60,395 nt of DNA from a virus (IMGVR_UViG_3300028805_000073), one strand, 5' to 3'. Shown: positions 47,302-55,258, counted from the stretch's first letter. A program made the numbers and translations. The notes: a model not told the origin generated them from the letters alone.

Positions 47302-47626
47302 TATATTCACTTTCGTAGCTCCCAATGGAGTTGAGATAACAGCTGTTGCTATCTATTTCTATGATGGCAAGTTTGTTGATAGTTATATTGGTTGTACCAA
47401 TTGCATAGGTTATGCACAAAATAGACTTTTCACTTGTAAGATTACTTTTAAGAGAAAGTACTTTGCTGGTCAAGTACCAGAAGGTGAAGATAACCCTGTA
47501 GTCATTGATAGAATTACTAACGTAGAAACTATAGTAGACTACTGCATCCTTCCTGACTATGATGAGTTGCTTGCAAGATACAATGATCTACAAGTAGCTC
47601 AAGCTGAAACTAATATTGGCATGTAG
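47288..47626 (+). CDS. Hypothetical protein; ends in TAG
   Basis: ATG-trimmed track ORF (MKKNDIFTFVAPNG...). The next gene starts 2 nt after the TAG, consistent with TAG as stop here. Confidence 0.65.
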   Translation: MKKNDIFTFVAPNGVEITAVAIYFYDGKFVDSYIGCTNCIGYAQNRLFTCKITFKRKYFAGQVPEGEDNPVVIDRITNVETIVDYCILPDYDELLARYNDLQVAQAETNIGM

Positions 47627-47627
47627 T

Positions 47628-48020
47628 ATGAAAGTAAAAGTATTTCAACTTCAACAAAAGAAATTTGATTCTAAGGGATATATTATTCCAAAGGACAAAC
47701 GTAAAAACAAAATCGTTTGTATTGGTACAGTAATAGTTCCAAAAAATAAAAAAGATTTCATTGAAGAGGCAATTTGGGATCTTTTTAATTGGACTTGTTG
47801 GTGGCATGACAAATTCAATACCTATTTAAAAGGAATTCGAAAAGGATTTAGAAAACAAGGCTATCGTTGTTTTCCTAATTCTAATGCTCAAGGATATTGT
47901 AACTCAGATATTTTCTTCAAATTGGAAGATAAATGGATGATTGCAAAATCATTTGGATGGAATAAAGCTAATTCTTACGAAGAAGCTGTAAACATAGTAA
48001 TAAATCAGCAATGGTATTAA
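47628..48020 (+). CDS. Hypothetical protein
   Basis: ATG-trimmed track ORF. Confidence 0.6.
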   Translation: MKVKVFQLQQKKFDSKGYIIPKDKRKNKIVCIGTVIVPKNKKDFIEEAIWDLFNWTCWWHDKFNTYLKGIRKGFRKQGYRCFPNSNAQGYCNSDIFFKLEDKWMIAKSFGWNKANSYEEAVNIVINQQWY

Positions 48021-48022
48021 AA

Positions 48023-48214
48023 ATGAAACCAAAAGAAAAGAAATTTGTGTGTGACTTAATTAGTTTAGTTGCAAATGCAGTAGCTACTGGAACTATTCCA
48101 GAAGCTGAAGACTATCTTGTAGATCATTATCAGGGTGAGGATAATGATTTAATAGAACACTCACTCAATGTATTAACATCAATTAAAAACAAACAAGAAC
48201 AATATGAGATATAG
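48023..48214 (+). CDS. Small hypothetical protein; ends in TAG
   Basis: ATG-trimmed track ORF. Confidence 0.55.
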   Translation: MKPKEKKFVCDLISLVANAVATGTIPEAEDYLVDHYQGEDNDLIEHSLNVLTSIKNKQEQYEI

Positions 48215-48412
48215 AGTTATCTTGGGCTACAATCAAGTCCACAAGTTTAAAACCTATAGCGAAGCATTAAAATTCGCACAAGAGACAGGAGGAATCCTCT
48301 ATGAACAAGTCATGTACTGAAATAGAGGATGAGATAAAAAGGAGTATTACTATCATTGCACGTTTGTACAATGTTAGTAATACTTTAGTTATAGAAACAA
48401 TTAAAAAACTAT

Positions 48413-48844
48413 ATGGAAATGAAGATTAATTTTACAAAAGAACATTATGCAAAGCTTAAAGAACTTGCTGTTCAAGCTTTATTTGAAGGAATAACCCTTC
48501 GTACTAAGTTGGGACCGTATCTCACTATTTACGAACTCGTTCACACAACTTCAATCAATCAACTTAATGAGATTAAGAATGGTCTTGCTAAGCAAATTGA
48601 AAAGATTGAGTCAGGTGATGAATGGATAGATCCAGATTCCGAGAAACTAGAAAGTCTCAAATCCAATAAAGAATTAGTTAATTTAATTATTGGATGGAGG
48701 AGATACAATCTAGAAAAAGAGACTAACGCTCGTAAGAAGGAAGAGCTTGAAGCTAAACTTGCCGAACTAAAAGAATCTACTAAGACTCCAGAAGATCGGA
48801 TTAAGGAGCTTGAAGCTCAACTTAAAGAGTTGGAAGAATTCTAA
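48413..48844 (+). CDS. Coiled-coil phage protein
   Basis: 143 aa with C-terminal KKEELEAKLAELKE...IKELEAQLKEL. Confidence 0.75.
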   Translation: MEMKINFTKEHYAKLKELAVQALFEGITLRTKLGPYLTIYELVHTTSINQLNEIKNGLAKQIEKIESGDEWIDPDSEKLESLKSNKELVNLIIGWRRYNLEKETNARKKEELEAKLAELKESTKTPEDRIKELEAQLKELEEF

Positions 48845-48849
48845 AGATT

Positions 48850-49395
48850 CCAGGGTGGGCGTGGTGGAAAGTCTGGGTAGTGCACTACTAGAGCGAGACT
48901 TTGTGTAGAATCTTTTCAATATAATAAGACTGAAGCTTGATACCGGAATGATAATTCTATGCTTAAGCGCATAACTTCGCTCATTATCATAAAGTAGAGA
49001 TAAAACCGCTCGAAGCCAGTCTTATTTTAAATATAATAAATTTCCGAGGGCTGAAGGGAATTCCAATATTGAACCTTCAACGGGTATACTGAATTGACAG
49101 TTGGAAGACCTTGTAGTGGCAAACACGTGATTGAGGTCATTGTGATACGTAAAGCAACGTAATGGAGACTGTAAAATAGAAAAGCAGTGAAAATCTGCAC
49201 TTTAGTAGAATCTCTTAGTAGATTGAAGGAGTTAATTGCTATAAAACAGATGTAGGAAATTTATTTTGTCTTCGGACTTGTTGGTGTATCAACTGGGAAG
49301 GTTACATCGAGAACAGAAAAGAACCCAAGCAGTTAAACATCTGTGGAGGACGTGGAAACCGTTCACTTTTATGGCACAATCCCTAAATTAAAGAT
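48850..49395 (+). ncRNA. Candidate ~550-nt structured RNA upstream of the TROVE-like gene
   Basis: No ORF. Helices AATAAGACTG/CAGTCTTATT (48923-32/49017-26), ATGATAA/TTATCAT, TGAAGG/CCTTCA, GACCT/AGGTC and ACAGATGT/ACATCTGT (49246-53/49337-44). Confidence 0.5.
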
Positions 49396-49426
49396 TAGTT
49401 ACTTACAAATTTCATAATTTAAAAGA

Positions 49427-51277
49427 ATGATTACAGTAGAATTAAACAAAAAGAACGAAAACCCATTTTATGGGTGTAGTAACTGTTTGAAATTAGTCGA
49501 ACAAGCAGCAGGTAATATAACTTATTCTATGCTTGATGCAGCATGGAATGAAGTTGCACAAGATATCGAGAAGAGAAAGATGTTCTTTTCAGTACTATTC
49601 TCCATTGGAGATATTACTGGAAGACAGCATAATATCTTTAAAGGAAAGAAAGTAGACTCTGGTGGTAATGCCAATAGAGATGCTTTCAATACCATTTTCC
49701 ATTGGTTATGGAACAATAACAAAAATCAATTCATTAAGTTCATGAACGCTCAGCTATTCAATGAATATCAGTGTTTTGATACATTGTTCCAGAATCGTGT
49801 GCAAACCAAAGGATCAAAGGTGTTGAATGTATTCTCTGCCTATCGTGATCCAGAGTATAAGAAAGCACTTCTTAACTATGTGTATTCTGTTATCAATGGT
49901 ACCAATCCGTTTAACAAGATGCTCATAGCTAAGTTCTTGACCATTCCTCGTACATCTAAGAGACAAGGTCATAAGAAGATGTTTCCTGAAACTCTCAAAA
50001 TTATGAGAGAGAAGAAGGCTTTCTTAGAGGAACTTTCTAAGATGATGGGTTGGGAGATAGCTTTCTTAAAAGGTTATCGTGAATGGCGCAAACAGTACAA
50101 TGGAGAATTGGAATCTGTTCTCTTCTCTACTGGAAAGATTAACGAATTTACTACTAAGGATGAATTCCTTAGTTGGTTTGATAAGCTTCCAGCACAAGCA
50201 CGTTTCCGTGTGAAGAACCGTATTCTTTATTCTAAAGATGGAACTCAAACTATAAATACTAAGAAGAACGATGGTAAAAGTCTTACCATTGTTGCAGATA
50301 AGTATAAGTGGGCTAAGTTCCAGCCTTGGTTAAAGGAATGGGAAACTTACAAGGATAAGAAGCAAGAAGAGCAACGTATTCTTGAAGAGAAAGTTCGTCA
50401 AGGACAGGCATCTGATGAAGATAAGATTAGACTTCAGAAGGTGAAGAAGGAAGCAAAGGTTACAACTGGTGCTATTAACTTTAAAGAGTTGTATGATTCA
50501 ATTCTGAGAGGTAATGTAGACAAGTTAAAACTTGAATCATTCATCCAGAATAAAGTCAATTTGCCATACAATAGTTTGGTAATCATTGACGATTCTGGTT
50601 CAATGAACGGCTCTCCGTTCAGATTTGCGAAGTTTATCGCTTCAGTATGTCTTGTTAAGAATCCAGATGATGATGCTCGTAATCTAATTGGATTCTTTAA
50701 CAGTACTTCTCACTGGCACAGTTTCATTGATCAAACTTCTTCTCGAAGAAATAGTCTTCTTAGAACTCAAATTGCTCAAACTAATGCTAAGCCATTAGTT
50801 GATCCAACCTTGAGTTTCTATGATAACTACTTGAGAATTAGTAGTTTCTGTGAAGCAGTATATCAGGGTGGAGGAACATACATCACAAGTATTCCTAAAG
50901 GTTTAGAGTTTATCATTAAAGAGAATCCAGATTTCTTGGACACTCTTAAAGAGTATCCGATTTGGACAATCTTAAGCGATGGTGACTTGAACAATGATTG
51001 GAATGCTCGTAGTAGTATGCTACAATTCCAGAATGACTGCCGTCGTATTCTTGGTTATGTTCCATTCGTAGTGATGATTGAAATTTATCGCTATGGACAA
51101 CCTTCAATTAACCATTTTGAAGGAATTGAGAATATGATTTACATTCCTGGAAATCCTGCTCAGATTGAACAATTCTTAACCAACTTTAAGGATATGGATA
51201 TCTTTGATGTCTATACTCCATTGTTGAGTCTCTATAGAAGTAATAGGTATGAACTCGTGAGAGCAAATACCCTTTAA
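49427..51277 (+). CDS. TROVE/DUF2828-like protein with C-terminal vWA domain (Ro60-like architecture)
   Basis: MIDAS motif VIIDDSGSM plus later GGT and ILSDGD elements. The helical N-terminus has LF...DI...GG...R..F and AKF..PR elements of the kind seen in DUF2828/TROVE proteins. Family assignment is by recalled motifs. Confidence 0.7.
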   Translation: MITVELNKKNENPFYGCSNCLKLVEQAAGNITYSMLDAAWNEVAQDIEKRKMFFSVLFSIGDITGRQHNIFKGKKVDSGGNANRDAFNTIFHWLWNNNKNQFIKFMNAQLFNEYQCFDTLFQNRVQTKGSKVLNVFSAYRDPEYKKALLNYVYSVINGTNPFNKMLIAKFLTIPRTSKRQGHKKMFPETLKIMREKKAFLEELSKMMGWEIAFLKGYREWRKQYNGELESVLFSTGKINEFTTKDEFLSWFDKLPAQARFRVKNRILYSKDGTQTINTKKNDGKSLTIVADKYKWAKFQPWLKEWETYKDKKQEEQRILEEKVRQGQASDEDKIRLQKVKKEAKVTTGAINFKELYDSILRGNVDKLKLESFIQNKVNLPYNSLVIIDDSGSMNGSPFRFAKFIASVCLVKNPDDDARNLIGFFNSTSHWHSFIDQTSSRRNSLLRTQIAQTNAKPLVDPTLSFYDNYLRISSFCEAVYQGGGTYITSIPKGLEFIIKENPDFLDTLKEYPIWTILSDGDLNNDWNARSSMLQFQNDCRRILGYVPFVVMIEIYRYGQPSINHFEGIENMIYIPGNPAQIEQFLTNFKDMDIFDVYTPLLSLYRSNRYELVRANTL

Positions 51278-51300
51278 ATAATCGTGTAAAATTTTAAATT

Positions 51301-51331
51301 GACTAGAGGAGGTTCGATTCCTCCTCTAGTT
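51301..51331 (+). ncRNA. T-loop-capped 12-bp minihelix-like hairpin
   Basis: GACTAGAGGAGG TTCGATT CCTCCTCTAGTT. Confidence 0.5.
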
Positions 51332-51338
51332 TCTAATT

Positions 51339-51403
51339 AGGATACTTACAATATTAAATTGCTAGTAAGTAACCAACTTTTAATTGATTACATTTAGTAT
51401 CCT
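51339..51403 (+). ncRNA. Y-like cassette 1 (AGTA-loop hairpin plus Lys-UUU anticodon hairpin)
   Basis: AGGATACT/AGTATCCT closing stem; internal TTGCT-AGTA-AGTAA and CAA-CTTTTAA-TTG. Confidence 0.7.
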
Positions 51404-51434
51404 TTTTAACAAATTTTAAATTTGAAATAAAAAT

Positions 51435-52226
51435 ATGAAAAATAAATTAAATGTACTTTTAGCTTTAAGAGAAAAACTCGCAAATCGTTATGCACAAATG
51501 AATGGAGATTACACTTCATTCTTTAAAAATAAACAGGGAGCTTTTCAAGGAGTATTAAAAACTCACTCACCTTTAGATGGATATTCAATAGATCCAACTA
51601 AGGTAGCAAATACTAGAATTGTTACTACAGTAAATGAAAAAATGGATTGGTGGCTTAAGGAAGCATTAGAATATTTTAATACAGCTCTTGCTATTGAAGC
51701 GTCCAATGGTGAAGGTGCTCCTTCTGTAAAACTTGAATTTGAAGGAAAAGAATACGGACCATTTCCTGCTACTGTACTTCTCCGTCTTCGTGGCATTATT
51801 GAAAGTGATAAACTTGCACAGATGCTTGGTTCTATTCCAGTAAGAGAGGAGACAAAAGTTTGGTTTCCATCAACTGATGAGGATTACATAAAGAGAGGTA
51901 ACATTTTTGAAACTGAAATGCAATCTGGAGAAACTCGTACAACTGAGACTCATGATGAAATTTTAAAAGATTGTAATCTTGATCCTCAGCATCTTCCTTC
52001 TAATTATAAAGCAGTAGTTACTTCTGTTAAGAAAACTGTAAAGACTGGTGATTACACAACTCAGTTTTTCACTGGTGAATGGACACATCAGCAAAGAGCA
52101 AATCTTTTGAAGAGACGTTCAGAACTTCTTGATGCTATCAATGTTGCTTTACAGAAAGTAAATGACCGAGAGGCTACTGAATGTAAAGTTGATGAACTTC
52201 TTGGACATTTGATTTATGGACAATAA
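51435..52226 (+). CDS. Conserved phage hypothetical protein (263 aa)
   Basis: Track ORF located inside the TROVE-like/RNA locus. Confidence 0.8.
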   Translation: MKNKLNVLLALREKLANRYAQMNGDYTSFFKNKQGAFQGVLKTHSPLDGYSIDPTKVANTRIVTTVNEKMDWWLKEALEYFNTALAIEASNGEGAPSVKLEFEGKEYGPFPATVLLRLRGIIESDKLAQMLGSIPVREETKVWFPSTDEDYIKRGNIFETEMQSGETRTTETHDEILKDCNLDPQHLPSNYKAVVTSVKKTVKTGDYTTQFFTGEWTHQQRANLLKRRSELLDAINVALQKVNDREATECKVDELLGHLIYGQ

Positions 52227-52473
52227 GATATTTCTTCTTGATTGGGAAGATAATGATATGGTTGGAGGTTTTGATGGAAAAACTTTTGATCAATGTTTTA
52301 ATACTGATAAAAAGTTATTATGTTGGAGCCTTCAACATACTATGGAATTAAAAGGAGTATCTTCATTAGAAATTCAATTTCTTAAATCTCATAAAGAATT
52401 AAATGAATTAAGAAAAAAGAACAATATTGAAGTAAAACCTACTCTCGATGAATATTTAGAAAAATTTAAATAA
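52216..52473 (+). CDS. Small hypothetical protein
   Basis: Track ORF overlapping the previous stop. Confidence 0.6.
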   Translation: MDNKIFLLDWEDNDMVGGFDGKTFDQCFNTDKKLLCWSLQHTMELKGVSSLEIQFLKSHKELNELRKKNNIEVKPTLDEYLEKFK

Positions 52474-52498
52474 TTGACCGTAGCTTTAGATTCACTTT

Positions 52499-52842
52499 AT
52501 TAGCTTTACAAATCCTAGATAATAAGCATTAATGTCGTGGTCAAAAGCATTAGTTAGGTTGATTACTGTATATTACTTACCTTGACGATTATAGCAATCC
52601 TAATATCGTAAGTTCGAATCTTACTAGCCCCTCATCACAGGCGTACTGAAGAAGGTTCAGCATTCCCGAAGTAAAATGTGTGAAATAGCTTTTATTAGAG
52701 GAGCTTCCCCGCAGAGGTTGTAATCTAATATTTGGGGCTATAGTATAGTGGTTAGTACATTAGGTTAGTTTAGCATTAGATTAAAGAGGTAAAAGGTAAT
52801 ATGCAAAAGTCTATGGATTAGTAAGACGGATTTGTCGCTAAT
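52499..52842 (+). ncRNA. Large rod-shaped RNA with a circularly permuted tRNA domain
   Basis: The tRNA 3' half (CCTAA, T arm 52608-24, TAGCCCC) precedes the 5' half (GGGGCTA 52734-40, D arm, TTAGG). Flanks pair as TGTATATTAC/GTAATATGCA, TTACCT/AGGTAA, ACAAATCC/GGATTTGT and ATTAGC/GCTAAT. Confidence 0.75.
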
Positions 52843-52846
52843 CCTA

Positions 52847-52921
52847 GGGGAAGTAGATCAGTGGTAGATCAATAGTCGCCAAAACTATGTGTCGTTGGTT
52901 CGAATCCAACCTTCCCTGCCA
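52847..52921 (+). tRNA. trnW: tRNA-Trp(CCA) with non-canonical G33, encoded CCA end
   Basis: Full cloverleaf; anticodon arm ATAGT CG-CCA-AA ACTAT; G73. Confidence 0.8.
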
Positions 52922-52922
52922 T

Positions 52923-52999
52923 AGAGAGGTATGCGAATTGGTATAGCAGCTTAAAATTCTAGGTATAAGTGTTTGGGAGTTCGATTCTCTCCCTCTCTA
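52923..52999 (+). tRNA. Aberrant tRNA with Leu-type D arm and irregular anticodon arm (TTCTAGG; UAG or CUA reading ambiguous)
   Basis: Acceptor AGAGAGG/CCTCTCT and intact T arm. CTTA/TAAG encloses 12 nt. Confidence 0.5.
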
Positions 53000-53006
53000 C
53001 CTGATC

Positions 53007-53071
53007 AGGATACTTACAATACTAAAAAGCCAGTAGGCAATCAACTTTTAATTGATCATGTTTAGTATCCT
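53007..53071 (+). ncRNA. Y-like cassette 2 (AGTA-loop hairpin plus Lys-UUU anticodon hairpin)
   Basis: AGGATACT/AGTATCCT; GCC-AGTA-GGC; ATCAA-CTTTTAA-TTGAT. Confidence 0.75.
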
Positions 53072-53090
53072 TTTAAAGAGATATAAAAAT

Positions 53091-53212
53091 AAGTTACTTA
53101 CAAAATAAAATATTAGCTTGCTAAGCCGCGTGTCATGGGTTCAAATCCCATCAAGGGACTATAAACTCCTTGTAGCTCAGTCTGGTAGAGCAACGTATTC
53201 ATTAAGTAACTT
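53091..53212 (+). ncRNA. Y-like cassette 3: permuted tRNA elbow (T arm, closed acceptor, D arm)
   Basis: AAGTTACTT/AAGTAACTT; ATGGG TTCAAAT CCCAT; CAAGGGA loop TCCTTG; GCTC AGTCTGGTA GAGC. Confidence 0.8.
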
Positions 53213-53322
53213 TTTAAAATTAAAAAATTATGGGAGAATTAGCTTTTATTTGTGGTTGTATGACATATTTGTGTGTTATGATAACCTTTATTTATATCAA
53301 ATTATGTAATAAATAATATAAT

Positions 53323-53436
53323 AAGATACTTACAAAACCATATTTAATGTTGGTTCGAATCCAACCTTCGTATTTACGATGTGGTGAAATTGGTATACAC
53401 GAGAAACTGTGGATTTCTTTATAAATTAAGTATCTT
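53323..53436 (+). ncRNA. Y-like cassette 4: permuted T-acceptor-D plus His(GUG) anticodon hairpin
   Basis: AAGATACTT/AAGTATCTT; GTTGG TTCGAAT CCAAC; TCGTA/TACGA; GTG..GGTATA CAC; AGAAA CT-GTG-GA TTTCT. Confidence 0.8.
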
Positions 53437-53442
53437 TTATAT

Positions 53443-53561
53443 GCAGGAGATAGTGTAATTGGTAACACGACGTAGTTATTAGTATCATACGATACTTACA
53501 ATACCAATTAACATTGCTTTTGGTGCCGTTAATGAGTGGTTCGAGTCCCTCTCTCCTGCCA
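53443..53561 (+). ncRNA. Cassette 5: tRNA-Gln(UUG)-like RNA with a 43-nt insertion carrying the closing stem in permuted form
   Basis: Normal-order tRNA. The anticodon stem ACG|GC / GCCGT is split by 53473-53515, which contains AGTATC-ATAC-GATACTTACAA. Confidence 0.75.
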
Positions 53562-53784
53562 GTTTACACACTAATAATATACGCGTTAAAAATAGTGTGG
53601 TTTTCCTATTCAACCTGAGTGGAACACTTCGATGTTATCTTCTAAGTCTGAAAGTTAAGCGATTAGGTACTAAAGGAAGTGAGAATAGTGAAAATGCTTT
53701 TGAAATTGTTATTTTTTACTTATTATATTAATAATTTACAAAGAGAAGTCTGTTGTGAAACATACTTCTTTACTAATAAACAAT

Positions 53785-54063
53785 ATGGAAAAGTATAGAA
53801 TTGCATTTACAATAGAGGACTATTACGATTATATTGGATATAGTATTAAAGAACGTATGTTACAATCTATTCCAGATTTATTTAGAGAGAATGGTTATAA
53901 CATTAAATTCAAAACTCTTCATTATTATCAACATAAATACTATAGAGTACACATGTCGGTTAGAATGACAGAGGAAAAAATCAAGGAAGTATTTGAAGAA
54001 TACAAAGATATGATGTTTGAATTAAATAACACATCATATAAATTAATAACAAAACATTTTTAA
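53785..54063 (+). CDS. Small hypothetical protein
   Basis: ATG-trimmed track ORF. Confidence 0.6.
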   Translation: MEKYRIAFTIEDYYDYIGYSIKERMLQSIPDLFRENGYNIKFKTLHYYQHKYYRVHMSVRMTEEKIKEVFEEYKDMMFELNNTSYKLITKHF

Positions 54064-54067
54064 TTAT

Positions 54068-54295
54068 ATGGGAAAAGGTAAAGGTGAATTAGTAGTTCGT
54101 CAAAGAGCTGCTTTAAAAAGATTGGAGGCTGCTTATGAAAAATTTAAAGCAGCTGGTGAAGATAAGAAACCTTACGATTCTACTCGTAATGGTAGAATTA
54201 TTCATCACTCTGGTAGAAGTTATAAAGAAGAATGTGAAAGAATGAAGAAAGAAATCTCCAATTTAAAGGAGAACATTTCAAAGAATCATTCTTAA
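54068..54295 (+). CDS. Small basic hypothetical protein
   Basis: Track ORF of 75 aa. Confidence 0.65.
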   Translation: MGKGKGELVVRQRAALKRLEAAYEKFKAAGEDKKPYDSTRNGRIIHHSGRSYKEECERMKKEISNLKENISKNHS

Positions 54296-54341
54296 CATTT
54301 TTTAACTATAATATCTAAAAATAAAAAATAAATTTAAAATC

Positions 54342-54396
54342 AAGATACTTACAAATTTTTATTATAATTTATAATGTTGGAATAAATAAGTATCTT
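54342..54396 (+). ncRNA. Y-like cassette 6 (minimal)
   Basis: AAGATACTT ACAA ... AAGTATCTT followed by a T run. Confidence 0.65.
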
Positions 54397-54403
54397 TTTT
54401 TTG

Positions 54404-54487
54404 GCCCCTATATTCGAATTGGTATAGAAGACAGACTTAAAATCTGTTCAGCAGTTGCTGGTGTGAGTTCGAGTCTCACTAGGGGTA
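54404..54487 (+). tRNA. trnL: tRNA-Leu(UAA)
   Basis: GCCCCTA/TAGGGGT; ACAGA CT-TAA-AA TCTGT; long variable arm. Confidence 0.88.
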
Positions 54488-54506
54488 CATGGACTGAGGA
54501 TAACTT

Positions 54507-54993
54507 AATTAAATTTGAGTGCTATGGCGAGAAATCCCATAGTAGAATCTCCCTAAAACGGTGGAAGTCCTTTTAGCCCTGATATATCAGGAGGATTTTC
54601 TGCACTGAACAATCGCAGAACACTAACCAATAATGTGTAAGGATAATACCGTGCTAAATTGATAATCTTAGTAGCATTTATATGTGAAAAGCGAATGTTG
54701 AGTAGTAGAACGGCTACATTATCATAAATGTGTAGAGGATATAGAGGAGATACCTAAGTTGAAATTTATGTTAAAGCAGAGTATAGAAACTGCTACATAT
54801 GAGATATAGTTTACATAAGAACCTATTCCCTCAAAAGGTTTAAACCCTAACATAATCTTGCAAGAATTTCAATATGGTAATAATATATTCCAGACCACAA
54901 CAAATTTAACGCATCATCGGTTGGATGCCTGGGGACATGTGCCTCGTATATACGTTATTGTTAAGTTTGGCTATGGTAACATAGTGTGGTAGG
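54507..54993 (+). mobile_element. Group I intron (487 nt, no ORF) lacking a recognisable tRNA 5' exon
   Basis: P1 ACUU|AA/UUGAGU with a U.G pair; P3 ATCTCC/GGAGAT; P4 ACGGT/ACCGT; P7 GAGGATA/TATTCC; GTAA-capped P9; terminal G. Confidence 0.8.
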
Positions 54994-55044
54994 AAAATCC
55001 AATGTCCAGTAATGGACGTGGGGATTCAATTTCCCCTAGAGCTA
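54994..55044 (+). pseudogene. Orphan 3' half of a class II tRNA (Leu-UAA type)
   Basis: AAAA TCCAA, variable arm GTCC/GGAC, T arm GGGGA TTCAATT TCCCC, acceptor strand TAGAGCT-A. No complementary 5' half was found nearby. Confidence 0.7.
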
Positions 55045-55114
55045 CATGTCGTGAGACATATGATTTTTTGTTAACGATTGTTGGTTAAGCTACTGTACCT
55101 TAACAGTAGCACTT

Positions 55115-55185
55115 TGGGGTTCGGTGTGACGGTCGCACAGAAGATTTTGGTCCTTCTAGTACAGGTTCAACTCCTGTAATCCCAA
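55115..55185 (+). tRNA. trnQ: tRNA-Gln(UUG)
   Basis: TGGGGTT/AATCCCA; loop TT-TTG-GT; U1-A72. Confidence 0.85.
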
Positions 55186-55189
55186 CTAT

Positions 55190-55254
55190 AGGATACTTAC
55201 AATAGATAATTAAATGCGATAAATAAATATTTATAGGAATGTTCTAAGTATCCT
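55190..55254 (+). ncRNA. Y-like cassette 7 (minimal)
   Basis: AGGATACTT ACAA ... AAGTATCCT. Confidence 0.65.
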
Positions 55255-55258
55255 TAAT

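Noticed and set aside
52635-52700. Additional tRNA in the linker of the permuted RNA (CTGA/TCAG D-arm-like hairpin)
   Set aside because: No T arm or acceptor partner could be found.
52499-52842. Standard permuted tmRNA
   Set aside because: The acceptor has G3-C70 and U73 rather than G3.U70 and A73, a true D stem is present, and the only candidate tag (AKVYGLVRRICR) does not resemble a proteolysis tag. Kept as an unclassified RNA.
54404-54993. Upstream tRNA-Leu(UAA) 5' half as the true 5' exon of the first tRNA intron
   Set aside because: Its ACUU|AAA could pair with the guide sequence, but the chimeric product would have badly mismatched acceptor and anticodon stems.
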